Positions 36,901 to 61,603 of a stretch of 64,000 bases of DNA are shown in pieces; positions within the stretch are counted from its first letter, which is position 1; the number at the start of each line of letters is the position of its first letter. Where the stretch lies: contig NC_086102.1 of NCBI RefSeq assembly GCF_963921235.1, positions 41,478,001 to 41,542,000 of the forward strand. The letters run 5' to 3'. A program made the position numbers and the translations under genes. The notes beneath the pieces are model-generated. The model saw nothing but the letters and a program-made list of their open reading frames with translations. It searched no databases and was not told the DNA's origin. This DNA comes from Mobula hypostoma (Eukaryota).

Positions 36901-39900
36901 GCAGAAAAGAAATTGTAGACCAGTTAGCCTGACCTCAGTGGTTGGGAAGATGTTATTCAATTGTTAAGGATGAGGTGATGGAGTACTTGGTGACCCAGGA
37001 CAAGAAAGTACAAAGTCAGCATGGTTTCCTTCAGGGAAAATCTTGCCTGACGGACCTGTTGGAATTCTTTGAGAAGATTACAAGTAGGATAGATAAAGGG
37101 GACACAGTGGATATTGTATATTTGGACTTTCAGAAGGCCTTTGACAAGGTACCACACATGAGGCTGCTTACCAAGAGCCTATGGTATTACAGGAAAGTTA
37201 CTAACATGCTTAGAGCATTGGCTGATTGGTAGGAGGCAGCGAGTGAGAATAAAAGGATCCTTTTGTGGTTGGCTGCCAGTGACTAGTGGTGTTCCGCAGG
37301 GGTCGGTGTTGGGACTACTTCTTTTTATGCTGTGTGTAAATGATTTAGATGATGGAATAGATAACATTGTTGCCAAGTGAAGACTGGTGAAGGGACAGGT
37401 AGTGCTGAGAAAACAAGTAGAATGCAGAAGGACTTAGATTAGGAGAATGGGCAAGAAAGTGGCGAATGAAATGCATTGTTGGGAAGTGCATGGTCATGCA
37501 CTTTTGGTAGCAGAAATAAATGCGGATTATTTTCTAAACAGAGAAAATCCAGGAATCTGAGATGCAGAGAGACTTTTTTTAGATTATAAAGACAAGCAGT
37601 CCTCTTTTATTGTCATTTAGTGATGCATGCATTAAGAAATGATACAATATTTCCTCTGGTGTGATATCACAAAACACAGGACAGACCAAAACTGAAAAAA
37701 CTAACAAAACCACATAATTATAACTTATAGTTACAACAGTGCAACAGTACCATAACTTGATGAAGAAGTCCATGAGCACAGTAAAAAGTTCAAAGTCTCT
37801 GAAATGTCCCACATCTCACGCAGATGGGAGAAAGAAGAAAAAACTCTCCCTGCCATGCCTGAACACAGTCCGAATCTGAGTCATCCAAAAACTTTGAGCC
37901 TCCGACTCCAAGTACTGAGCACCATCTCTGTCCAAACGATTCGACCTCAATCTCGGTCGCCAGCAGCAGGCAAAGCTGGGGATTTTGAGGCCTTCCCTCC
38001 GGAAGTTTCCCGACCGTGCAGTAACAAGAGCAGCGAACTGGTGTTTCAGAAATTTTGGGAGTCCTTGTGCAGAACACCCTGAAAGTTAACTTGCAGGTTG
38101 AGTCAGTGATGAGGAAGGTAAATGCTATGTTAGCATTCATTTCAAGAGGTCTACAATACAAGAGCAAGGATGTGATGCTGAGGCTTTATAAGGCACTGGT
38201 GAGGCTTCACCTTGAGTACTGTAAACAGTGTTGGGCCCCTCATCTTAGAAAAGATATGCTGGCATTGGAGAGGGTCCAGAGGAGGTTCAGGAGTGAAAAG
38301 ACTATCATATGCGGAACGTTTGTTGGCTCTGGGTTTGTACTCACTGCAATTCAGAAGGATGGTAGGGGCGGGGGGGGTGGGCGGGGAAGGATGGTGTCGG
38401 GGGGAGGGAATCTCGTTGAAACCTTTTGAAAGTTGAAAGGTCTAGACAGAGTAGATGTTGAAAGGATGTTTCCCACGATGGGAGAGTCCAGGACAAGAGG
38501 GCACAGCTTTGGGATAGAGGAGTGCCCTTTCAAAACAGATGTGGAGAAATTTCTTTAGACAAAAGTGTGATGAATTTGTTGCCACATGCAGCTGTGGAGG
38601 GCAGGTCGTTGGGTGTAGTTAAGGCAGAGATTGATGGGTTCTTGATTGTACATGGTATCAAAGGTTACTAGGCGAAGGCTGGGAACTGGGGTTGAGGAGG
38701 AGAAAAAAATAATTGTTTATGATTGAATGACAGAGCAGACTCGATGGGCCAGATGGCTAACCCTGCTCCTATATCTTGTGGTCTATCTCAGTTAAGGCAT
38801 GATGGGTGCACTGAGATATTCAGGGTGGTAATGTGTTTTAACATGTATACCTGAGCAAGTTGTTTTGGGACCAGTGTGAACCTATTTCTGACCCACTAAG
38901 AAAATCCACACGTTATTGCTGAGTTAGAAAGCAAATTAGAGAATAGATGGGAATTAGAAAAATTATTTAGGTCTTGTCACTTCCAGGCTATTAATGCAGG
39001 CATATCCTAGGAGTGAACTATGAAAAGAGATCAGGAAAAAGTCATGCCCAATATTGAAATGGTTGTGATGTACAGGTAGAGTACAAGTAGAGTGTCAGCT
39101 TCAAAGAACAAACTGTATTCACATCACCTCCAAATATGGTGAGAGAGGCTGGAAATTATTTGGAGGTAGAGTAGAAGGCATACTATTGGAGTGACTTCTA
39201 TTGGCTTTAGAACTAAGTTTTGCAGAAATGTGTGGAGTGGAGAACAAAAAAAGTGGCAAAGACAAGAAGCCCAGAGTTCAAAAACTCTTTGTCCTAGTAC
39301 TCTGTACATGGATGGGAAGGACTGAATGATATGGTCTGTGTGCTGGAGATGGGATTAGGCAGATCAAGTCAGCATGAGCTGGATGCTGGAAGAGCCAGAC
39401 TTTGTGCTGTAGTACTCCATGACTTCATCTGGAAACCAGGCTTAATCGATATCAATTGGAAAAACAAGAACTACAGATACTGGAAATGGGTTGGAATGTT
39501 TGTTGATGGAGAAATGAGTGAACATGAAGTACATTGACCTGGAATAGTTTAAGTTTCTCTTTCCACCATACTCTCTAAACTTGTCAGTATTCCCATAATT
39601 CCTAAATTATTCCTGCTTCAACCGACCTAACTTCACTGATCACCTGCCAGCTTGTACTCATTCCCCTCTCACCACCCCCCCATCACATTCTGGATTCTTC
39701 TTCCTCCTATCCAGTCCTGATGAAGGGCCTTGGCCCAAAACACAGACTATTTATTCCTCTCCATAGATGCTGCTTGACCTGCTGAGTTCCTCCAGCATTT
39801 TGTGTGTGCTGTTCTGGATTTTCAGCACTTACAGAACCTAATGGTATGTCCAGTTTTATAGCCACAATCATAACAGTTTGTCAGCAAGCTGATAGGAATT

Positions 39901-42376
39901 TGCCCTTTTTATAAAAAAAAAAGGTTTTAAAAACAAGAACATGAGGAAATCTGCAGATGCTGGAATTTCAAGCAACACACATCAAAGTTGCTGGTGAACG
40001 CAGCAGGCCAGGCAGCATCTCTAGGAAGAGGTACAGTCGACGTTTCAGGCTGAGACTCTTCATCAGGACTAACTGAAAGAAGAGCTAGTAAGAGATTTGA
40101 AAGTGGGGGGGGGGGAGATGCAAAATGATAGGAGAAGACAGGAGGGGGAGGGATGGAGCCAAGAGCTGGACAGGTGATTGGCAAAAGGGATATGAGAGGA
40201 TCATGGGACAGGAGGCCCAGGGAGAAAGAAAAGGGGGAGGGGGGGAACCCAGAGGATGAGCAAGAGGTATAGTGAGAAGGACAGAGGGAGAAAAAGGAGA
40301 GAGGAAAAAGAATGTGTGTGTGTATATAAATAATAAATAACCAATGGGGTACGAAGGGGAGGTTGGGCATTAGCGGAAGTGAGAGAAGTCAATGTTCATG
40401 CCATCAGGTTGAAGGCTACCCATACGGAATATAAGGTGTTGTTCCTCCAACCCGAGTGTGGCTTCATCTTTACAGTAGAGGCCGTGGATAGACATATCAC
40501 AATGGGAATGGGATATGGAATTAAAATGTGTGGCCACTAGGAGATCCTACTTTCTCTGGCGGACAGAGCGTAGGTCTTCAGCAAAACGATCTCCCAGTCT
40601 GCGTCGGGTCTCGTCAATATATAGAAGGCCACATTGGGAGCACCGGACGCAGTATATCACCCCAGCCGACTCACAGGTGAAGTGTTGCCTCACCTGGAAG
40701 GACTGTCTGGGGCCCTGAATGGTAGTGAGGTATACTATCCAAACAGCTCTTAAGAGCCTCTAATGTATTTGCCTCTCCCACCATAGCAGCCAGTGTAGTC
40801 CAAGCATGCACTAGCCTGTGGCACAGGGAGTAATCCGGAGATTCCACCTTCAATTTCCTCTTGGAAATGTGGCAAAGTTCAATAATGCTCTTGTTAAGGG
40901 TCGTAGAACATTTCCAACAGTGAAAATGCAAATAAATGTGTTGATTTTAAAGGATATTTAGGGGAACTTGAGTTTGTGAACACAGCATATGAGCTAAAAC
41001 TCAATTTGCCCTTGTTTCCTGAATACCTCAGGTTCTGGGATACTTTTCCTAATTAAAGATGTACAAATGAAAGTAATTCAGTATCAAACCCTTGTTTCTC
41101 AGGTGAAGCCTCAGGTTGAAGAGAAAGCTGGAAAAACATTTGATGCATTTGTTGTCAAAGCCTACAAAACACAAGTTGTAGCTGGGACCAACCATTATTT
41201 TAAAGTAAGTTTATCCTTCCAGGCCTTTGGTTATTTCAAAATATCTTGGCTGTTTCTAATTCATTTACATTATACGTTACCAAGCTCATGCATGATAACA
41301 TAAGTACTGCTTAAATTTGACAATGGCATTCATATTTATTTATTGAGCGTGCAGAATAGGCCCTTCTGGCCCTTCGAGCAATGCTCCCCAGCAATCCCCT
41401 GATGTAGTCCTAGCTTGATCAAAGTTCACTTTACAACGACCAATTAACCTATCAACCGGCACATCCTGGGACAGTGGGAGGAAACGGCAGCACCTGGAGG
41501 AAACTCACGCAGTCACGGCGAGAATGTACAAACTCCTTCCACATACTTCTACTTACGAAAGTAAAGCTATTGAAATGTTACTTCGGCAGTGAGGAAAGGC
41601 AAATTTCCAAGCGGACCATTTTTACAACAACTCTTCGATGGATTTTCTGTGTAAGGAATAGAAGATGGAAGTGGGTCATGTGGCCCACCCTGCTACTCAA
41701 GCACAGGCATGGTTTACATTGGTACTTTTTTCCTGCCATATCCCTAGACCCTCTATACAGTAATAGACTTTATATCTGAATGCACTTTGCCTGCACAGTC
41801 CTCCAGGCCAGGAAGTTCCAAACCTTCACTAAGTGAAGAACAATCTTATTTCTGGTCTGGATCACCTACCCCTTGTGTCACTGATGCCCAGTCCTAGACT
41901 CCTCAGCTGAAGGTACATCTGTCTACAGTTTTAGCCCTCAAGTATTGCATTGTTCAGGGAGATTGCCTCTTTCTTGAAACTGCAAAGTGAGACTCTGCCT
42001 TCTCAATATCCTGTCATATGATAGAGCTAGCCTGACTCTTTACTCCACTCTACAAAAATAAGAAAACCCAAACATGGTATTCGAGAAGTAGGCTCATCAA
42101 ATGTCTATATAATAGTAGTTTACATTTGTACCCAGGTCCTGTAGTTTTATTCTCACCTGCTGGCTGCAATCCATTAACTGTCCATAAATGCAGTAGTTGA
42201 CAGTAGGTTGAGATGCTAGCTTGAACAATTTTATTTTATTTTGTTAGATCCATGTTGGTGGCATTGACTACATTCACGTCAAAGTATATGAAAAGCTTCC
42301 TTGTCATGGCAGTGAAAAGGAGATACTGGGCATCCAGAACAACAAATCAATGGATGAAGAACTAACTGCCTTTTGA
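33932..42376 (+). CDS. Stefin/cystatin-B-like protease inhibitor, copy C, 103 aa; exons 33932-34012, 41103-41204, 42248-42376
   Basis: MSTKGVCCGGISEGKAVTQEVQQLADS|VKPQVEEKAGKTFDAFVVKAYKTQVVAGTNHYFK|IHVGGIDYIHVKVYEKLPCHGSEKEILGIQNNKSMDEELTAF*. Canonical splice sites; AATAAA at 42719-42724. Confidence 0.94.
34700..35660 (-). mobile_element. 5'-truncated CR1 LINE, copy C intron 1 only
   Basis: GPLLFVIYINDLD..KFADD and LEYCVQFWSP fragments; TSD TCCCA at 34695-99 and 35661-65; empty site at 18931. Confidence 0.87.
37574..38053 (-). mobile_element. ~480-bp SINE-like/non-autonomous retroposon inserted in the intronic CR1 of copy C
   Basis: Interrupts gagatgcaga..gactt|gggagtccttgtgc (continuous at 21831-21860); T-run and TTTATT at the left end, consistent with a minus-strand 3' tail. 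Confidence 0.6.
39941..40734 (-). mobile_element. Penelope-like element 3' fragment (GIY-YIG endonuclease end plus pLTR), copy C only
   Basis: Minus strand of ~40684-40562 translates HFTCESAGVIYCVRCSQCGLLYIDETRRRLGDRFAEDLRSV (GIY-YIG-like). Replaces ~870 bp that is present in copy B (23700-24569). Confidence 0.85.
40035..40070 (-). ncRNA. Minimal type I hammerhead ribozyme motif
   Basis: AGUC-CUGAUGA-AGAGUCUCAGCCU-GAAAC-GUC-GACU: complete conserved core, helix I AGUC/GACU, palindromic ACGU in place of helix III, weak helix II. Confidence 0.65.
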
Positions 42377-45296
42377 ATAGAAAATATCTTGCTGTTAGTA
42401 CTCTAGTCTTATACAAAATTAGTTTGTTTTATAATTTTAAGCCTCTGCATTTTGGCTTTATCAAAACTGAAGACATTCTTATTTTGCATCAACTTCCAGC
42501 CATATAAACCATATCATGTGGTTGGGAGAAGAGTGCAGAGGTTCAAGAAGTTTGATTATGTATACCATCCTTGAACTAACATGAAAGACTTTTATAATCA
42601 AAGGTTATTGTGGTGAATTCAATTTGTGTAAGGAAAAAATCGGGCATAATTTTTGAACTAAATTGTTTTTGTTGAGATTATGTATACTTTTTATTGTACT
42701 CTGCAGTTTATTTTAAGAAATAAATGCACTTGCTACTGCTTAAAGGGTTTTATTGCTTTAATACAGCATTACGGAAATTACTTTTCAACCTGGTTTTTAA
42801 AAGACATCCTCCTAATTGATTAGAATTATTATTTCATCTTCCAGTCAGTATATTGCCTCTTTTGTAGAACTTCTGACAATCTTAAGTACTTCCAGATATC
42901 AATTAATTTTTACCAAGTTGATTGAAAATACTATCAAATAAAGATGTCATTCTTGCCACTGTTACAGTTGGGGAAACACAGAGTGCAGGAACCTCAAATC
43001 TGTTGATAATAATATTATTAGACCAATGGTCTTGAATAGGTACTGCAACCACTAAATCAATGCATTAGGAAATCCTACTTTACTTAGCAATTATCACTAT
43101 TCATTTGAACAAAGGCTTGTCAGAACTTCGAGCAGAATAAGCAATTCTTCTGCACTCTGACCAATTGTTCCTGCTACTCTCATTAAAGAGATGGTGATAA
43201 GTATGTGTTTCCACAGTGCTGGACTTGAATTCACGATGAATATTTAGTAAATTGTAGCAGAAAGCTAGTAGTTCTCAAAATTAATCCTAAAATTCTGTTG
43301 TGTGAAAAAGGAAAAAGCTCCCAGGTTTTGGGTTGGGTCTTGTAGATTAGGAAAATTCTTCCAAAATATGTGCAATCTTGTTCCCTGCCACTTAGAGACC
43401 TATATAGAGTTTATGCCAAGTTGGACCTTATCTCAACCCTTCGAAGGCTACAATTGATGTTATGGATAAATGTCAATGTATTACAATTAGATTTGAATAA
43501 CTTTGGCAATACTAAAATTCTGGCACATTTAGTACAGTTCATCAAGGTAAAAAAGACACGTACAGTCTAACTATACACAATCTGTTCTATTGCATGCTCA
43601 AACTTTGAAATGCCAGGTACAATTAAAATGAGAAAAATTTCAAAGACAGCTAGGAAAATGTGCTGCAAGAGATTGCTCCTGAGAGTTCAAACTTACACAG
43701 CAGGCTCTGACAGTATTGAAATGGAATTGTGAGTACTTGGACATTAAAATAATCAATAAAAACAGAATTCTTTATTGTTTTTAATGAGGGGAGGTCCAGC
43801 TCTTTCGAAGGAGTACATTTTACACTATCTGCACCTACACCAAGCTTAAAAGCACCAGTGGATATTACTACATATGACATACTCTAGATATAAAGTATTG
43901 TTTCATTCATTGTGATTTCTTCAAGAACATGAATTATGTTATACAAAATTGAATGTCAACCATTGAACACATGAACAGACAGACCTTTTAAATCTTAATG
44001 GATTCCAAGATAATGGAACTCATGACATTTATGATTCAGTGAATCCTTTTGTATATGAACACAACAGCAGACAGTAGCAATGTCACCACCCATTTCAATA
44101 ATTATTTTTCATGTATCATTGCCTGTATGTTTATTCCACAGGGTAATACTTGTTGGAAGCAGCTTCTGGGCAACTTGGTTACATGCAGGTGGAAAAAAGG
44201 GAAGACCCTCCTCCAGATTGTTTTTATTTAATAGAGAGAGTACATTATATAGCACACAAAAGGTAAAAGCCAGGAATAACAAAGTCCAAATAAATACTTT
44301 GGTAACTAAAGAAATCTTTGCCACTTTGTCTATATCTCCCATCAAACATGCAAGAAAACTGAATGATGGTAGAAATTAAGTCCTGTGGTAAAGGGTGTGA
44401 GGTCCTTTCACCCTTTTTCCACCTTATAGGGAATAGGCAAGCAAATTACATTTTTAAAAATTTTAGAAAATGGATACAGAATGAATGCACAAGACAAATG
44501 TTTCAAAATGAAGATGAGCCTGAGGAAAGGATTCTAATTTAATAAATGGTATTTTTAATATGTAAATTACAACTGTTACTGGCCTTAATTCCTTGCCTGA
44601 ACACCACAGATGAAAACAGTCTGTCAAAATCTAATGTCTCAATTTAGTCTTCAGAATTTGTTACAATGTGCGTAGCTTAATCATCATGATTTTATTCTGT
44701 ACACTTAGCTAACAAAATGCACTGTGTCGATTGGGAGATGAATCAATACTTGCATTTCAAGTTACCAAGTAAGTGATGGAACAGGAAATTCAAATAGTAT
44801 CAATTACAATCAAAGTCAGAAAGGTAACACTTTAAATATACAATTTTTTTCAACTTAAAGCTCTGACTATTCATTCTAAGTGAGATAATCTTGAAAAATT
44901 GTGATATTGTCCAGTAATTATGCACAGGACAAATGGAAAAATAAGTGTAATAAAAACAGACATTTCCAGGTATATTCCCTGGCATAAACAGAACTGTTCC
45001 ATTATGAAATTTTTAAAAAAATTATGAAAGATTTATGATATTCAAAATGATTTTTTTTTTTGAAAAGCTTGCAGCATAAGAAATTGGTGGAAACCAATTT
45101 TACAGGCTGGCTTAGGTAATTACCAGAACTACACTTTTCTCTCAATGATAAAAGGCCCATCCTAACAACTCTTGGCTTATACCCATAACCGGTCCCTGTG
45201 ATGGTCCACTGTGCTTTCACCCGAATAACTTCAATGTAATTCATTCTTTTCAAGCCATGGGTAGGCAGAGTCTGGCCTGTCTTCAATGATTCAGGT

Positions 45297-57206
<11,910 letters not shown>

Positions 57207-57344
57207 CTATTATTGAGATAGAAAACAAAATGGTTAAATGGAGTTCAAGCACCTATAGTTGCAAGAAAAAGTTTGTGAACCCTTTGCAATTACCTGGTTT
57301 TCTGCATTACTTACCCATAAAATGTGGCCTGATCTTCACCTAAG

Positions 57345-57681
57345 TGAGAGGTATTGATCATGTGGATAGTCAGAGGCTTTTTCCCAGGGCTGAAATGGCT
57401 ATTCGAGAGGGCACAGTTTTCAGGTGCTTAGAAGGAGGTACAGAGGAGATGTCAGGAAGTTTTTTTTTGCACAGAGAGTGGTGAGTGTGTGGAATGGGCT
57501 GCCAGCAACGGTGGTGGAGGCAGATACGATAGGGTCTTTTAAGAGACTCCTGGCTAGGTACATGGAGCTTAGAAAAATAGAGGGCTATGGGTATCCCTAG
57601 TTAATTTCTATAGTAAGGACACATTCAGCACAGCTTTGTGGGCCGAAGGGCCTGTATTGTGCTGTAGGCTTTCTATGTTTC
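57345..57681 (+). mobile_element. CR1 3' end fragment nested in the Tc1 TIR
   Basis: CR1 terminal sequence ending tgtgggccgaagggcctgtattgtgctgtaggctttctatgtttc. Confidence 0.7.
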
Positions 57682-57766
57682 CAAATCACAATAATAGACA
57701 AACACAATCTGCCTAAACTAATAACACACAAAGAATTGTACTTTGCATGTCTTTATTGAACACATA

Positions 57767-60700
57767 GGTGGTCACGCCGGGGCCAAGGGAGGCAGACAAG
57801 TGGGTCACGGTTAGGAGGGGGAAGGGGAAAAGTCAGGTGATGGGGAGTACCCCGGTGGCTGTGCCCCTTAACAATAGGTACTCCTGTTTGAGTACTGTTG
57901 GGGGGGACAGCTTACCCGGGGGAAGCGACAGTGGCCGTGCCTCCGGCACAGAGTCTGGCCCTGTAGCTCAGAAGGGTAGGGCAAGGAAGCGGAGGGCAGT
58001 TGTGATAGGGAACTCAATAGTAAGAGGGTCAGATAGGCGATTCTGTGGACGCAGTCCAGAGACCTGGATGGTAGTTTGCCTCCCTGGTGCAGGGTCCGGG
58101 ATATTTCTGATCGTGTCCAAGATATCCTGAAGTGGGAGGGTGAGGAGCCAGAGGTCGTGGTACATATAGGTACCAATGACATAGGTAGGAAAAGGGATGA
58201 GGTCCTGAAAGGAGAATATAGGGAGCTAGGAAGGGAGTTGAGAAAAAGGACCGCAAAGGTAGTAATCTCGGGATTACTGCCTGTGCCACGCGACAGTGAG
58301 AGTAGGAATGCGATGAGGTGGAGGATAAATGCGTGGCTGAGGGATTGGAGCAGGGGGCAGGGATTCAAGTTTTTGGATCATTGGGACCTCTTCTGGGGCA
58401 GGCGTGACCTGTACAAAAAGGACGGGTTACACTTGAATCCTAGGGGGACCAATATCCTGGCAGGGAGATTAGCGGGGGCTACTGAGGTGACTTTAAACTA
58501 GAATGGTTGGGGGGTGGGAATCAAATTAAAGAGGCTAGGCGTGAGGAGGTTAGTTCACAACAGAGGGATGGGAACCAGTGCAGAGAGACAGAGGGGTGTA
58601 AAGTGAGGGTAGAAGCAAAAAGTATAAAGGAGAAAAGTAAAAGTGGCAGGCCGACAAATCCAGGGCAAGCATTAAAAAGGGCCACTTTTCAACATAATTG
58701 TATAAGGGCTAAGAGAGTTGTAAAAGAGCGCCTGAAGGCTTTATGTGTCAATGCAAGGGGCGTTCGTAATAAGGTGGATGAATTGAAAGTGCAGATTGTT
58801 ATTAATGATTATGATATAGTTGGGATCACAGAGACATGGCTCCAGGGTGACCAGGGATGGGAGCTCAACGTTCAGGGATATTCAATATTCAGGAGGGATA
58901 GACGTGAAGGAAGGGGAGGTGGGGTGGCGTTGCTGGTTAAAGAAGAGATTAACGCAATAGAAAGGAAGGACATAAGCCGGGAAGATGTGGAATCGATATG
59001 GGTAGAGCTGCGTAACACTAAGGGGCAGAAGACGCTGGTGGGAGTTGTGTACAGGCCACCTAACAGTAGTAGTGAGGTCGGAGATGGTATTAAACAGGAA
59101 ATTAGAAATGTGTGCAATAAAGGAACAGCAGTTATAATGGGTGACTTCAATCTACATGTAGACTGGGTGAACCAAATTGGTAAAGGTGCTGAGGAAGAGG
59201 ATTTCTTGGAATGTATGTGGGATGGTTTTTTGAACCAACATGTCGAGGAACCAACTAGAGAGCAGGCTATTCTGGACTGGGTTTTGAGCAATGAGGAAGG
59301 GTTAATTAGCGATCTTGTCGTGAGAGGCCCCTTGGGTAAGAGTGACCATAATATGGTGGAATTCTTCATTAATATGGAGAATGAGATAGTTAATTCAGAA
59401 ACAAAGGTTCTGAACTTAAAGAGGGGTAACTTTGAAGGTATGAGACGTGAATTAGCTAAGATAGACTGGCAAATGACACTTAAAGGTTGCATGGATGAAC
59501 TACAACAATTGTTCATCCCAGTTTGGCAAAAGAATAAATCAAGGAAGGTAGTGCACCCGTGGCTGACAAGAGAAATTAGGGATAGTATCAATTCCAAAGA
59601 AGTAGCATACAAATTAGCCAGAGAAAGTGGCTCACCTGAGGACTGGGAGAAATTCAGAGTTCAGCAGAGGAGGACAAAGGGCTTAATTAGGAAGGGGAAA
59701 AAAGATTATGAGAGAAAACTGGCGGGGAACATAAAAACGGACTGTAAAAGCTTTTATAGATATGTAAAAAGGAAAAGACTGGTAAAGACAAATGTAGGTC
59801 CCCTGCAGACAGAAACAGGTGAATTGATTATGGGGAGCAAGGACATCGCAGACCAATTGAATAATTACTTTGGTTCTGTCTTCACTAAGGAGGACATAAA
59901 TAATCTTCCAGAAATAGTAAGGGACAGAGGGTCCAGTGAGATGGAGGAACTGAGTGAAATACATGTTAGTAGGGAAGTGGTGTTAGGTAAATTGAAGGGA
60001 TTGAAGGCAGATAAATCCCCAGGGCCAGATGGTCTGCATCCCAGAGTGCTTAAGGAAGTAGCCCAAGAAATAGTGGATGCATTAGTGATAATTTTTCAAA
60101 ACTCGTTAGATTCTGGACTAGTTCCTGAGGATTGGAGGGTGGCTAATGTAACCCCACTTTTTAAAAAAGGAGGGAGAGAGAAACCGGGGAATTATAGACC
60201 GGTTAGCCTAACGTCGGTGGTGGGGAAACTGCTGGAGTCAGAGTTATCAAGTATGTGATAACAGCACATTTGGAAAGCGGTGAAATGATCGGACAAAGTC
60301 AGCATGGATTTGTGAAAGGAAAATCATGTCTGATGAATCTCATAGAAATTTTTGAGGATGTAACTAGTAGAGTGGATAGGGGAGAACCAGTGGATGTGGT
60401 ATATTTGGATTTTCAAAAGGCTTTTGACAAGGTCCCACACAGGAGATTAGTGTGCAAACTTAAAGCACACGGTATTGGGGGTAAGGTATTGGTGTGGGTG
60501 GAGAATTGGTTAGCAGACAGGAAGCAAAGAGTGGGAATAAACAGGACCTTTTCAAAATGGCAGGCGGTGACTAGTGGGGTACCGCAAGGCTCAGTGCTGG
60601 GACCCCAGTTGTTTACAATATATATTAATGACTTGGATGAGGGAATTAAATGCAGCATCTCCAAGTTTGCGGATGACACGAAGCTGGGTGGCAGTTTTAG

Positions 60701-61603
60701 CAGTGAGGAGGATGCTAAGAGGATGCAGGGTGACTTGGATAGGTTGGGTGAGTGGGCAAACTCATGGCAGATGCAATTTAATGTGGATAAATGTGAAGTT
60801 ATCCACTTTGGTGGCAAAAATAGGAAAACAGATTATTATCTGAATGGTGGCCGATTAGGAAAAGGGGAGGTGCAACGAGACCTGGGTGTCATTATACACC
60901 AGTCATTGAAAGTGGGCATGCAGGTACAGCAGGCGGTGAAAAAGGCGAATGGTATGCTGGCATTTATAGCGAGAGGATTCGAGTACAGGAGCAGGGAGGT
61001 ACTACTGCAGTTGTACAAGGCCTTGGTGAGACCACACCTGGAGTATTGTGTGCAGTTTTGGTCCCCTAACCGGAGGAAAGACATCTTTGCCATAGAGGGA
61101 GTACAAAGAAGGTTCACCAGATTGATTCCTGGGATGGCAGGACTTTCATATGAAGAAAGACTGGATGAATTGGGCTTGTACTTGTTGGAATTTAGAAGAT
61201 TGAGGGGGGATCTGATTGAAACGTATAAGATCCTAAAGGGATTGGACAGGCTAGATGCAGGAAGATTGTTCCCGATGTTGGGGAAGTCCAGAACGAGGGG
61301 TCACAGTTTGAGGATAGAGGGGAAGCCTTTTAGGACCGAGATTAGGAAAAACTTCTTCACACAGAGAGTGGTGAATCTGTGGAATTCTCTGCCACAGGAA
61401 ACTGTTGAGGCCAGTTCATTGGCTATATTTAAGAGGGAGTTAGATATGGCCCTTGTGGCTACGGGGGTCAGGGGGTATGGAGGGAAGGCTGGGGCGGGGT
61501 TCTGAGTTGGATGATCAGCCATGATCATAATAAATGGCGGTGCAGGCTCGAAGGGCCGAATGGCCTACTCCTGCACCTATTTTCTATGTTTCTATGTTTC
61601 TAT
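57767..61603 (+). mobile_element. Young CR1 LINE (partial ORF1 esterase and nearly intact ORF2 APE-RT with one frameshift at ~60241)
   Basis: ORFs 58076-58501, 58507-60258 and 60255-61505; (TTCTATGT)n tail; near-identical to 16466-18702. Confidence 0.95.

Noticed and set aside
58872-59612. Long antisense ORFs over CR1 ORF2 (also 7396-7947, 17535-17924, 60413-60817)
   Set aside because: Shadow frames of LINE coding sequence with no independent gene signals.
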